A stretch of 64,000 bases of DNA, from assembly GCF_009914755.1 (NCBI RefSeq), contig NC_060933.1, one strand, 5' to 3'. The position numbers and the translations under genes were made by a program. Shown one piece after another: positions 30,427-42,300 of the stretch. The notes below the pieces were generated by a model, which was given only the letters and a program-made list of their open reading frames with translations, was not told the DNA's origin and made no database searches. The first letter of the stretch is position 1. Every line of letters begins with the position of its first letter. Source of the stretch: the human T2T-CHM13v2.0 reference genome, Homo sapiens.

Positions 30427-30721
30427 GACTAAATGGAAGCGACAGACGGCCGTCGGGTTGGAGCTGCTGGCGGAGGCAGGCAATTACTCAGCGCTCCAGC
30501 GGATGTTCCCGTCGCCTTATTTCTACCCGCAGAGTCTGGTTTCCAACCTGGACCCCGGCGCGGCGCTCTACCTGTACCGCGGCCCCAGCGCGCCGCCGCC
30601 TGCTCTCCAGAGACCTCTGGTGCCCCGCATCCTCATCCACGGACTCCAGGGCGCCAGCGAGCCGCCCCCGCCGCTGCCCCCCCTGGCCGGCGTCCTCCCA
30701 CGCGCCGCGCAGCCTCGGTGA
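30427..30721 (+). CDS. BARHL1: BARHL1 coding exon 3 (TKWKRQTAVGLELLAEAGNY...RAAQPR*)
   Basis: Acceptor ccccag|G; 295 nt. The exons sum to 466+223+295=984 nt, i.e. 327 aa plus stop, with consistent phases. Confidence 0.97.
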
Positions 30722-31431
30722 GGCGCCCGTCGGCTCCGGGGCCTCCTCCCGCGGGCTCGGCGTGGCCCCTTCCGCCCGCCTTTCTGAGGGCGCAGGTTCG
30801 ACGCCCTTTCCCGGGAGGGGGCCCTGCCCGGCCCTCCCTGGCGCCCCAGCCCAGTGCCCCCCGAAGGGCCAAATGCCAAGTCCACTGAGGCCCGGACCCC
30901 GGACTGCGTCTCCCCAGCCCCCCTCGGCGTCCTCTCTCGCGGCCGCTCTGTCCGGGAGCCATCCCCACCCGCCGGGTGTACATACGCGTCTCTGCCACTC
31001 CCCACCCCCAGCCTCTGCCGGCTCCCCTAGGCAACCCCTTTCTCCCCAGGAGCGGGTGCGGCTGATTCCCAGGCTTCGCTCTCTCCCACGCCCCTTCTAC
31101 GCTCCAGGTGGAGAACAGCCCCTCTCCCCGCGCCCCCGCCAGGGAGAGAAGGGGAGTGCGGAGCCCCGTCTCCCTACCCCTCGAGCACCTGGGCCAGCGG
31201 CTGAGCTGTACATACCGTGTGCAAAGTGTATATGAAGTTATTTATTCGTGACCCATGAGCCCGTGACCGTGTCCGTGGATTAGTGAGTCTGTGGCCTGTG
31301 CCCTCCCCACTCCCAGGCGGGGCAGGAAGGGGCCAAGGGGGCTTGCCCACCCACCCCGACCCCAGCCCCCAGCCTCAGCCCCGGTCCGGGGGCAGCCAGG
31401 CCTCTCGGGTTCTCTCTTTTTTAAATGTCGA

Positions 31432-31437
31432 AATAAA
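31432..31437 (+). terminator. BARHL1: BARHL1 polyadenylation signal AATAAA
   Basis: First AATAAA after the stop codon, about 710 nt downstream, preceded by a U-rich stretch. Confidence 0.8.
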
Positions 31438-34210
31438 CTTCTTACAAATGACCAGGCGCCTGTCCGCGCTCGCGTCGCTGGGTCCGCACTCAACCCCTCT
31501 CCCATCCCTCTCCTGGGGACTCGGTTTCCTTCCATCCTCAATAACGAAACATTTTTGTCCCCCTTCTCTTCCCCGGTGCTGTGGACATGCGCGGGGGCCC
31601 CGACGGGACTCGCTGGGGCCCGGGTCTCCCCTCCCTGGCCTCAGTCTTCCCATCTCTACAGCGAGGCCAGCTCGTTGTTCCCCTCCTCCTCCTCTGTCTC
31701 CATCTGGTTCCTAGCGGCTCCCAGACGGTCCCGAGGGCCGGGGCGGGGGTCCGTGCCGGAACAGGCGGGGGTCAGCGCGGGGCCTCGGTCGGCTGCGGGC
31801 CGGGCTGCGGGGCCCTCGCCGAGCCGACTCATCTGGCCGCGACAAGGGCCCCGGCAGCTGGTGACCGGCCCGCCGGGCGCGGGCCGACAGATGGGCTCCG
31901 AGGCTGCTCCCCCCATCACTCCCACCCTCCGCCCAGCGTCCGGCCGCGCTCGGGCTCCCGACGCTCGCGGGCGCCAAGGCGGCCCGGGCCTCCCGGCCTC
32001 CCGCACCAGGCAGGACTCCGCGCGCCTTCGCTGCGAACCAGACGCCACATCGGGTAAACCCCCACTCCCACATCTTCTCACCTCCCCTTTACCCCGGGAG
32101 GAGGTTGGAAATGAGACCCAGAGGGGAGCCAAATCCCAGCGTCTGCCCCATCTCTTCTGGCTGCCCCAGACCGCAGCTCTAGCATCTCAGGGGAGAGGGG
32201 TTTAAGTCCCGAGTCAGACTCGAGGCTTCCAGTTCACGTCCAAAGGGCCACGGTCACCTGAGACTGCTCCCTCTCTGGGGAGGTGGGCGCAGGTGCTCCC
32301 TTCCCACACACCACCTGCAGCTCGCTAACCCTCAGCGCTGGGAAGTTTTGGGGGCCGGCAAGCCGTGGCCCCTCTAGTTTGGGGGCAGGGTTTCTCTGAA
32401 GACGGGGGCTGTGTTCAGACTATAACCCCTCTCGAAAACCATACCCACAGCCAGGTCCGCTACTGTTTCCTCCCTGCCCCGAAACACCCTCGCACAGCAG
32501 CTTTCTTTCCTGGGATGGCGAGGGTATTATTCTAATTTTGCAAAATGCACAGCAGCTAATTAAGTCAAGGAGCCCCTCGGCTTTCGAGTTCTTTTGCATG
32601 TGAATGGGGGTTGGTAAATCCCCAGCTCTGGCTCTGGTGGGGGGTGAGGAGAGACTGTCCCCAACTCAGGGTTAATGAAGTGGGAAAGGAGTCTCTCATA
32701 GCCTCCTGCAAACAAAACCCCCCATGCAACAAACCCTGCCCAAATCCTACATGGATTGACTTAAACCCAGGGGATAAGTGCTTTAAATTAATCTCATTGA
32801 ATAAGAATGAGACCAAACAAAACTCTTTAAAATCATATTAAAAATCTATCAAAGGACAACTTGCACTGGTGTGCTTTTCATTTTGTGAAAGTGAAGGAGA
32901 TAGACCGTAGCAACCACCCTCACATTTACACAGTGGCAGCGCAAACCACAGACACATTCTCAACTATGTAATTGTCCTTGTACCTCAGAGGCGATTTCAT
33001 ATCCTACATTAATGAAGAACAAGGCTTCCCTACAAGTTTATAATTAGAATATTTTAAATTGTCCTGCACATCCCATCTGTAATAATAACTTCACAACCTT
33101 TGCAGTGAGGTGGGCTCCTGCCTTCCATCCACTTAGAAGGCTAAATTGGTTTCTGTTCCCAACCCTGAGGCTGGGCGAGCTCTCGTGTAAGAAAAAAAGA
33201 ATGAATGTGGGACCCCAACAGGCCTGACAATAGGAGAGGGCTGAGAAGCCATCTTCCCCCGCTCTGCCACTGACCCATCCCCCCTCATAAACGCCGACTC
33301 AACAGGGAGGGGGCAACAAAGTTGAAAAGAAGTTTAGAGCTCCCTGCTGGCCCTCGGTCGCAAGGGAAATTGAGGACTGGGGCAAGTTGAGAACCTGAGC
33401 TGATTTTCAGGGTGCCCCACTCCCCCCACAGCGACAGGCCTGGCTCTGGATTCTTCCTAGTGTGGAGCAGATTAAGAGATAATGTCTAATGATCAAGGGG
33501 GAGGTTTAACAAGACCAGTTAAGAAGCCTTTTCAAGCAGGGCAACTTCTCCCGTGGAAAAGCCTCCAACTTGCGTCTCTACAAAGCAACGCCCGGATTTT
33601 AATGGCTTCCACTGACTGTGGCCTGAAGGGCTAAGCGGGGAGGCCCCTGGCAGTTTGGGAGATACCTGCTCCGAAAGGTCTCATTTACTCCCCTCTTCCC
33701 TAAAGTTCTCCTCCCTTCACCCCAGGGGGAAAAGAAAAAAATCAAAATAACCCACTGGGCTTCGTTAAAAAAAAAAAAAAAGTCCTTTACTGAGATTTGG
33801 TTGGTTCGTTGCTTCTCTAGAGTGCAAGGGGCTGTCTGCACATCAGCACGGACTTCATCTCTCAGCAAGGGGTCTCTGCCCTTCAGTGCGTGAGAATGAG
33901 GCCCGTCAACTGCTAAGGCTGTGGCAAACATGAGGATGTTTTGGTTTCCAAAAAAACATTCTACAAGCCCACTCGGGGGAAACGCTTTTAGGCTGCAACA
34001 TTCTATTAAATGTCCAAATTCTGTGTGACTCTAAATATGGGAACCAGGCTTATGATATAGAGACATGAGTAAGTTTGGGAAATTTTAAAAAGAGGCATGA
34101 TTAAACATACACAAAAATTAGAATATGTACAGTGGAATTAGGCTAAAGCTTTGCCTAATTGGTGCCTGAAATGTATAATCTGTCAAGAGCCATAATAGAA
34201 GAGAAAGAGA

Positions 34211-34216
34211 TTTATT
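34211..34216 (-). terminator. DDX31: Probable distal DDX31 polyadenylation signal AATAAA (3' UTR about 34195-36065)
   Basis: TTTATT on + at 34211-34216; further minus-strand AATAAA at 34273-34278 and 35152-35157 could be alternative sites. Confidence 0.55.
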
Positions 34217-36065
34217 TTAAGGTTATTTAAATTTAAACAATATTAACCTTAAATCTGCTAAATCCATGTTTCTTTATTAACTGGGGTAATATAGTGATTC
34301 TACTTAGAAACAGACCCACATAGCATCTATGGCAAGAAACCCTCACCATAAGAGTTAGCAGATTAAGTGTGTAAGTTTTGATCTTGGAATTATCGTCACT
34401 CACACGTTGCATGATTCTAGCACTTCTCTTTCCCCCCAGGGATGCCGAACTCTGCCAATTCGCCCTTTAGTGGAATGAGTACTGGGGGAGAAAAAGTAAG
34501 GTTTCTCTTTGATCATCCCCAATCACTGGCATTAATCCTGTTTTTCACACAGCTGGGTTTTGTCTATAAAGTTTGATCCCTCCTTTTCTCATCCAAATCA
34601 TGTGAACCATTACACATCGAAATAAAAGAAAGGTGGCAGACTTGCCCAACGCCAGGCTGACATGTGCTGCAGGGTTGTTGTTTTTTAATTATTATTGTTA
34701 GAAACGTCACCCACAGTCCCTGTTAATTTGTATGTGACAGCCAACTCTGAGAAGGTCCTATTTTTCCACCTGCAGAGGATCCAGTCTCACTAGGCTCCTC
34801 CTTGCCCTCACACTGGAGTCTCCGCCAGTGTGGGTGCCCACTGACATTCACCTGTGTCTAGAACGGAGGCAAGGATGCTGACCCCCCGTGGTCCCTGCAG
34901 GAAGGCCCACCTTGCCAACTCTCACCACCCTCTCGTGGCCACTCAGACCTTCCAAGGATCTGGGGGGGATCTACTGAAGTGGTGCCTCAACACTGGTCCT
35001 GGGGAGACCACAGAGGGCGGCACAGTCACTGCAGAGGAGAAGGAAACTGAGAAGGCAAGACACAGTGGAGAGGACAGGAGCGGTGCCCACAGGTGTGGAG
35101 GCCTCCAACCCTTTCTCTTCTGGACCCCTCTGCAAGTGCCCAAATCTTACATTTATTGGGAAATCAATATGCTCCAGGGGGCCTCTTTCAAACCTCCCAG
35201 AAAACACAATGCAGGGGCAGGGCGGGGTGGGTCGGGGGCGGGGGGCGGGCAGCTGTGGCCTGGGTCACAATACAAAGACCCCCAGACCTTTCTTGAAGAC
35301 AAGACAGGATTCGATAGGGAAAAAAAGCTTGGGATACTGGTGCCTTTTGACTTCAAAGGCAAATAATAAAAAGCCAACAGTAAATCAATTAGCCCTGAGA
35401 GAGTGAGTTTTCAGTGGACATGAAAGAGGGAGCAATGCATGTAAATGCAACCTCGTGTTTCCAGAAGAAAATAAGAGGGACCACGAGCCTGAGAACACAT
35501 TCGTATTTTTTGACCCAGACCAAAAACTTTTGGTCCTTTTTAACGGTACATTCCTACATTAAGAAAATAATTAGTGATAAATATATTCTCTTTTTGTACA
35601 AATTCAATTCCAGTTTTTAACACCCTAATTCACAAAATTCATGCCAATGTATGCGCTGATAGGCTGAAGCCAAGCTGTGAAACTTCAGAACACAGTTAAG
35701 GGCAGCAATCAAGCCCGTTCCAGGCTGACGCGCAGGGCGTTCTTACATCACATCCCGGGGTGCCAGCTCAACCCCGGCACGTCAGCACCTGGGTGAAGGG
35801 AGTGCCGGGCACTGATGGGATCAATACAAGACACAGACCCCTTCCGTCGGGAGCTGGCTAGTCTCTACAGTGCCCCACACCACTGATTTCTATCAGGCTC
35901 CAGGGCCTCCCATGGAGGAGAAGGGCTGTGGCCCCTCTGATTCTTGGGGACGTGGTATTCAGGCAAAGGCGCAGTTATTTTTCACAAGGCTCCTCTGACA
36001 AGAACTGGACATCAATCCACTGCCACCCGGGGCTTCCAGGTTCCACTCGAAGACCCAGAGAGATT

Positions 36066-36312
36066 TTAAACTTTCTGGGAAGTCTTGCTGTCCCGCTGTA
36101 CACCTTTTTGGGTTTTTCTCCATTTTAATGTTTTCCCACGGCCAAAGCAGGGTGTCGGCTGCAGACTGTGCTGCAGGGGCCGGCCACCAGGCTCTCCAGG
36201 TGCGTTTTGCTTTTTGACCTTGGCGACGTCGGCCTCCATGCCGCTTGAGTATTCCGAACGTAGGATTTCAGCGAGGCTGTGTTTACTCTGGGTCTTCTTA
36301 TGAAGGTCAGGC
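36066..36312 (-). CDS. DDX31: DDX31 terminal coding exon (PDLHKKTQSKHSLAEILRSEYSSG...KTSQKV*)
   Basis: Minus-strand acceptor ttcttcag|G at 36312; 247 nt to TAA; phase joins the exon at 53289-53457. Confidence 0.93.
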
Positions 36313-39300
36313 CTGAAGAACAGTAACAGCAGAGAGGGAAAAGAAACTTTATTATTTTTCTTTCCCATTTGGAAAGAGGCTGATAGCAGCTGGTTCTGAG
36401 ACTGTGAAGCTGACATTTTTGTATTAACAGAAGTACAATCCCTTCAATAGTACTTGTTTTGATATTCGATGCACCAGAAGATTAGATACGGCGCTGACAG
36501 ATTTTCATAACAGCGGCAAAATATCATGGCATTTTTAAAAGTGAGGCTTTGTTCTGTGTTGTTTTCATGGGGAAAAAAAGAACTATACACCCTCATGCTC
36601 TGATGGCAAATGAGGTGTATGATACAGCGGTTTGCCAAAGGACAGGGAAAAACCCACCGTCACACTCAACAACATGAAGCAGTGAAAGCTCACGGCAGCT
36701 TCCCAGTAACCCCTAAGCAGCTTAAAGCAACTGGCCTCCTCATGGGCTCCTGAGGGCTTCAGGACTCAGCCCTGCGGGAGCAGAGTCCAGCAAGTTCCAC
36801 GCAGCCCTCCAGGGTTCCACAGTGAAGGCTGGGATGACAGCCAGATAGCTCTTTATGAACGGAAAAAACTCTTAAACATATTTCTGACCCTACAAAACCC
36901 AAACCCAGGGCACAGCCTGGTCAATGTCTGCATCTAGGATTAGACCAGCAGCTTTCTGCAGCCCACACAAACCCGGGTGTTAGAGGGAGGTCTCTCCCTA
37001 CCCTAAGTCACTCAGAAAATGCCAAAGGTTGAAAATCAATTTCCGATGTCGAATCCTGATAACTGTTCTGAAAAGATGGCAATTTTACCATTTGATCGGA
37101 AGATCAGAGGAGGAAATTTGTAGATGTTCAATCATACATAAGAAGAATGATTATGAAAACTGAAGAGTAAAACAATGTTTCTTAAGACAGGATTTTAACC
37201 AAAGCAACAACAATAAAACAATTACCAATAAATCCACACTTCCTTGCTGGCAACTCCTTCAATACCAAAACGGCAATGTCTTAGGATACTATAGTGTCAT
37301 GGAGTTCTCACAAAGACATATGTTACGTTCTGCTACTACATTTAGAGCATTTTCTTTGCTGTAATCAGAGAATAAACTGAACTGAAACTGTGGTCAAAAT
37401 AAATGTAACAATGCCTTTAAAACCCAAGAATTAGAAATAAGACTAATAGTGTGTTGTTAACCTGACTGTGAAAGCTTGTAGAAACCCATTATAAACGAGC
37501 TAAAGCAATAATACCTGTTTCTAATCACACTCCAGAGGACAGGGTGACAGTCATACAATGGTGTTTTCTATTGCAACATACAGGAAGACACATTCAAGCC
37601 AACCTCTGCAGGAAAAGAAGATCTGAAACAAGGGGACAATGAACAGATAACATTTAAAGGCCAGGAGTTTATGGGGTGAGCACATCAGGGCAGGATGTAG
37701 TGAGAAGATTAGAAGTATACAGGGAAGACTTCCTGGGGTCTGTGGGAAATGATTCACATACACAATCTCTTACAATCCTCGCTCAACAAGGTGGGTACGG
37801 TTATTATCCTCATTTACAGACAAGGACACAAAGACTCAAGGAGGGTAACCTGCCCCAGGACCACATGGCTGGTAAGTGGAGAAGCCAAGAGGCAAACTCA
37901 GGGCAGAGAACGATTTGCCGGGTCAGCGGGGGCAGGACTCAGCTGGACCAAGGGTGGAAAATGGTGAGATGTGATGGGAGGGGTCCTCTGTGGTCTCCTA
38001 AGGACTACTTCAGCAGGACAGTGGGGCAGGAGCCAGGCAAGTGAGTAGGGAGTGGTGAGGGGAGACAGCAGAGCTGCAGGGTGGAGGAGGGAGAAGCCAG
38101 GGTTGGAACTTGACTATCACTCATCAGCTGAGGACACAGAATGAGTGACTCAGGCTCTGTGCCTCAGTTTCCTCACTGAGAATGGCACTCATAGGTGTGA
38201 GGATTAGAAAAAATCAAGACATATAAGGGGGTAGCTGGTGGTTGGCATGTGGATCGCAGTCACAGTTAAACATTAGGAAACTGAGGTCTGGAGATGCCAC
38301 GCACCTCCCCCAGAGCCACACAGGAGCCAGGACTGGTGCTACGGCCCCTGACAGCTGGGCTGGGGCTCTTCTGAGAGCATCCACCACTTCCCTAAGAGCA
38401 GCGAGTCTCATCATGGGTCACCCGCCCAGTGCGGACCATGTGCACCAGTGTCCCTGGAGGAGGTCCAAGCTGCTGGGGGCTGACCTGTGGTTGGGAAGTG
38501 GCGGGAGACAGGGCCTGCGGTTGGGCGCACTCAACTTGTTCCAAACTGAAGGCTGCCAGTTCCTGTGCCTGTAGTTTATTTTTAGTCAGGTTATGTGACA
38601 GAGTGAAAAGGGTCTGACAGGAAGGAATGCTTTTTCTTCCCTCTTGTTTGAAGCCAGGTTCACAATGTGTATAATTTTAAATGTAACAACCTAAGTTTCA
38701 AAATATGCAAAATTTCAGTCAAAATATGCTCCCCAGCATAAGCTCCAGCACTTCAACGATGGCTCCTGCTACCGCTAAGGCAAAATAAAGAACCAGCATC
38801 TTACTGGAGTGACTGATACACTAATTGCCTACAGAAGCGGTGCGGGCTGCGGGAGCATCTTCCAGGCACCAGCGCTCAGGCAGTGCGCCCGTGCTCCCAG
38901 GCTGCCATCCACCCAACAGAGCAGAAGCCCACACCCACAAATGCAGCCTACACAACAGGCAGACACCCAGACACCACCGGGGCCACTTCTACAGCTCCTC
39001 CAGACCTGTCCCTTCACAAACACCGTGGGTCTGGGGTGGAGGAAGGCAACCACTGGTGCGTACATTGCGCCACTGAATAGGAACAGGAGGGCCCACGTGG
39101 TGGAAGAGGACGCCGCTCGAAAGCACCTTTTGGAGATGGGTCCTACGTGCCTTCAGTTATCATCACCACCTTTCCTGGCTATTTCATCATGTTAGTCAAT
39201 GTCCTTTTGACCTGGGATGCAAAGCCAGCAGTCCACTCACTCAGAGGTTCCGGTGGTCAGCAAGCAGGCAGAGGGTGGCATTTTCTAGCCCAGACCTCTT

Positions 39301-42300
39301 CCTTAGGTGGGAGAAGCTCAGGCCAACCCTGCAGGGGTTTCACCTGCTGTCATGACAGCCACCTCAACAAAACCCATTCATCCCTTGGCCAGCTCCCTGT
39401 CTCCTTTTCCTTTGTTCCAAGGCCCAATGCTGAAAAGGCGAAGTACAGATGGGAAGATGAACTGCTCTAAACCCAAGCATGCGATGGGCACTCAATTTCT
39501 CCTTCTGCCAAGCTGCAGTGCTCCCAGGAACCTGCCAACTTTCTCGCCCTCCTTGCCCTCCAAATACCCGCACCCCTCTCCAATGGCCTTCCTGAGCATC
39601 CACCATAGTAATCCTGTAGTTACCAAGCAACAGATCAGTTTATCTAACCACAGGGAACTCCCTTGTAGTGAAGGCTGAATAAACCCCCCCTCAGTTACCA
39701 GGCTGGATTACTCAGCAAGACAGGCAGATGCCACTTGCACCACCAATAAGGTGAAATCACAGCCTAATTAGTAAATCAATATACCCCGTTACAATGACCA
39801 CTGGAGAAGAGAGATCGCAGGGCCTTCTCCCAACTTTATCATTACATTCTCACAATGATCTTCCTAGGTAAAAACCCATTCTAATTCAGGCTTTTGCTAA
39901 TGGCACTCTTTTATAGGACAGAAGTTTAAATTTTATTTATGTACCGTTAAGGCTATCAATAGTTTCTTCCATGTTTTATGGCTTTAGGGTCATGTTTGGG
40001 AAAGTCTTCATTCTAGGATTTCAAAAATATTAAAGTATATTTTCATCTAGCTTGCTACTGCTTTAATTCCATCTAAGTTTTATTTTGATTAATAGAAAAA
40101 TGAACTGTTTCTTCCTAAGAGTTATCCAGTTATCCACAACGGTCACTGAACAGTAACTCTTTTCCCCAAGGTCTTGAAACGCTCCTCTAGAGCACTTCCT
40201 GCAGGCTCTGTGTGAAAAGCAGTGATGACCACAATGGCGCCCTTCATGGGCTCTACAAATAGATGAAAACATTGAAGCGAATACCAATTACATGGGTTGT
40301 TAATGGATTTAAATGTAAAACAGGTAAAATCAAAGCCATCCAAACCGACTACATGACATAGGCATTTAACTTACTCACTTTTCCAACCACCGCCTGAAAC
40401 AGGTACTACTAGTATCCCCACTTCCTGGTAAGGAAACTGAGGCACAGAGAGATTAGGTCATTTGTCCAGGGCCAAAAATCAGTAATGCAAGAGCTGGAAT
40501 TTGAACTCAGGAAATCTGACTTCACAGAGTTTAACCATAGCAGTCTGTCACCATGCTACAGTTTTCAAAACAAGGGGCAAGTTCCTGGCATAAAATGTTT
40601 TTAATATACATAAATCTGTATGCCTGTATGTATACGTGCAAAGTCTGAAGGATATAGGAAATGTATCAGGGTTAACCTGAATGTAGGCTTATGGTTAATT
40701 TTTGAGCTTTTCCCTATGTCCTGTAGTTTTACAATGAGCATGCATTATTTTTATAATTAGAAAATAACAGTATATTCACTCTAAGGGGAAACAAAAGCAA
40801 ATGGTAGAATTTTGTCCTATAGTGAAATGCCAGAGTATTTTAATTTCTACTCATCAGAAACCTGTCTGCCTTTTGGCTTTGAGTTGGTTTGATTTTGCGA
40901 GGGTGTAGTACAATTAAAACATAGACAGACAGACAGACAGGGGTTCTTCAGAATGAGGACTAGTCAAGTGCACTCCTCTAATCTGAACGAGGCTGCTTAT
41001 AAGCACATGTTCCAGGGCCACGGCTAGGCCCTGAAGGTCTCTGCTGACGACGCAAGTCCCCCACATGGGAAGAAAAGCCTGGGCTCTCAGTGAACGCAGG
41101 AGACCGTGAGGACTTCAGGTGGCCCGGGACTGACTATAAGTCTCTACACTTGTGCCTGACTCTATGGAGGACAAAAAGGCAGCAATGTCTGGGTAGGGTT
41201 TTGGTGGCTCTCAGGTCACAGTGAGGGTAACAGGCAACTCCAGGGGAATGTGACAAGCGGGCCCTCCGTATGCTTGTACACAGAGGAGCTGAGGGAAAGA
41301 ATAAGCTGGTGTGGGATGTCATGACAACTTGACCTTGGCATGGGCCAACCCAAGGAGGATGCTACCCTACCTTTTATGGTCAGTGAGGAAAAGGAACTGT
41401 ATCTAGACTCTTTCAACCTCTGGGTTCTGTTCTGGTAGAGAAGTATGCTGGCAGACCAGCTGTTTTAGGGATGCCTTCTTTGTGATTTCTTAGGATCCAA
41501 TCAAGTCTAGCTTTTGTAAAACTACCAGAGCCCCAGAAGACACTCGGCTCCAGTTGAGTCCTGCTGTGGCAGTGGGAATCATGGGAATCACAGCAGCATT
41601 CCTAGGAGGGGTTCTGTGGACACAGAGGCTGGTGAAAAGTGGACTTCAGCTTTGTGCCAAAGATCAAGATCTAGTGAAGCTCAGAACTCCGAGCCCTGGG
41701 CCAAGGACAGGCACAGTGGCAGGCAGCACAGACCACAACTGAGAAAAACCGTGGATGGCCCGGCACACTTGCTGCCTGGAAGGCCATGCACATGATGGGA
41801 AAGAGGAGAGATCATATTTAGATATGGCCGATGTTTGAAAATGAAGGGCTTCACCAGAGCCCCAGAAATGGATGGGAACTTTGAGACTATTTAGCCCAGG
41901 TGACCAAAACTCTTAGGAAGTTCTGTCAGAACATAAGCAGGAACTTCAGATGGCAGGTGGCAGTGCTGGGGACGGGCAGAGGACCAGAATTTGATGACCT
42001 TGGTTGGAATCCCAGTTCTGCCACTCACCTAGCTGATGACCTTGTAGAGTCACAGCAGCTTTCTCCAAGCTTCGTTTCCCGGTACATCAGAAAGGACCTA
42101 TGCACAGGCACATGGCCAGTATGAAGGTAAAACAGCCTACAGTGCGTTAGAGAGCTCGGTACATTTTAATTCTGTGAAAGCCTTATGAATTACTGTTAAG
42201 ATGGAGAATACAGGGTGAACATGGCAGCAGTGAGTTGTGCTTGGAACTGTTATGATTACACACTGAAAATACTGACTGAGAAGGACCAGCTTGAGGCAGA

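Larger units (their letters stand above)
30380..32100. other. CpG island over BARHL1 exon 3, 3' UTR and downstream flank
   Basis: High CpG density. Confidence 0.85.

Noticed and set aside
31291-32205. 304-aa ORF and overlapping ORFs downstream of BARHL1
   Set aside because: GC-rich CpG island with few stops; non-ATG start, low-complexity composition, spans the poly(A) signal, no recognisable domain.
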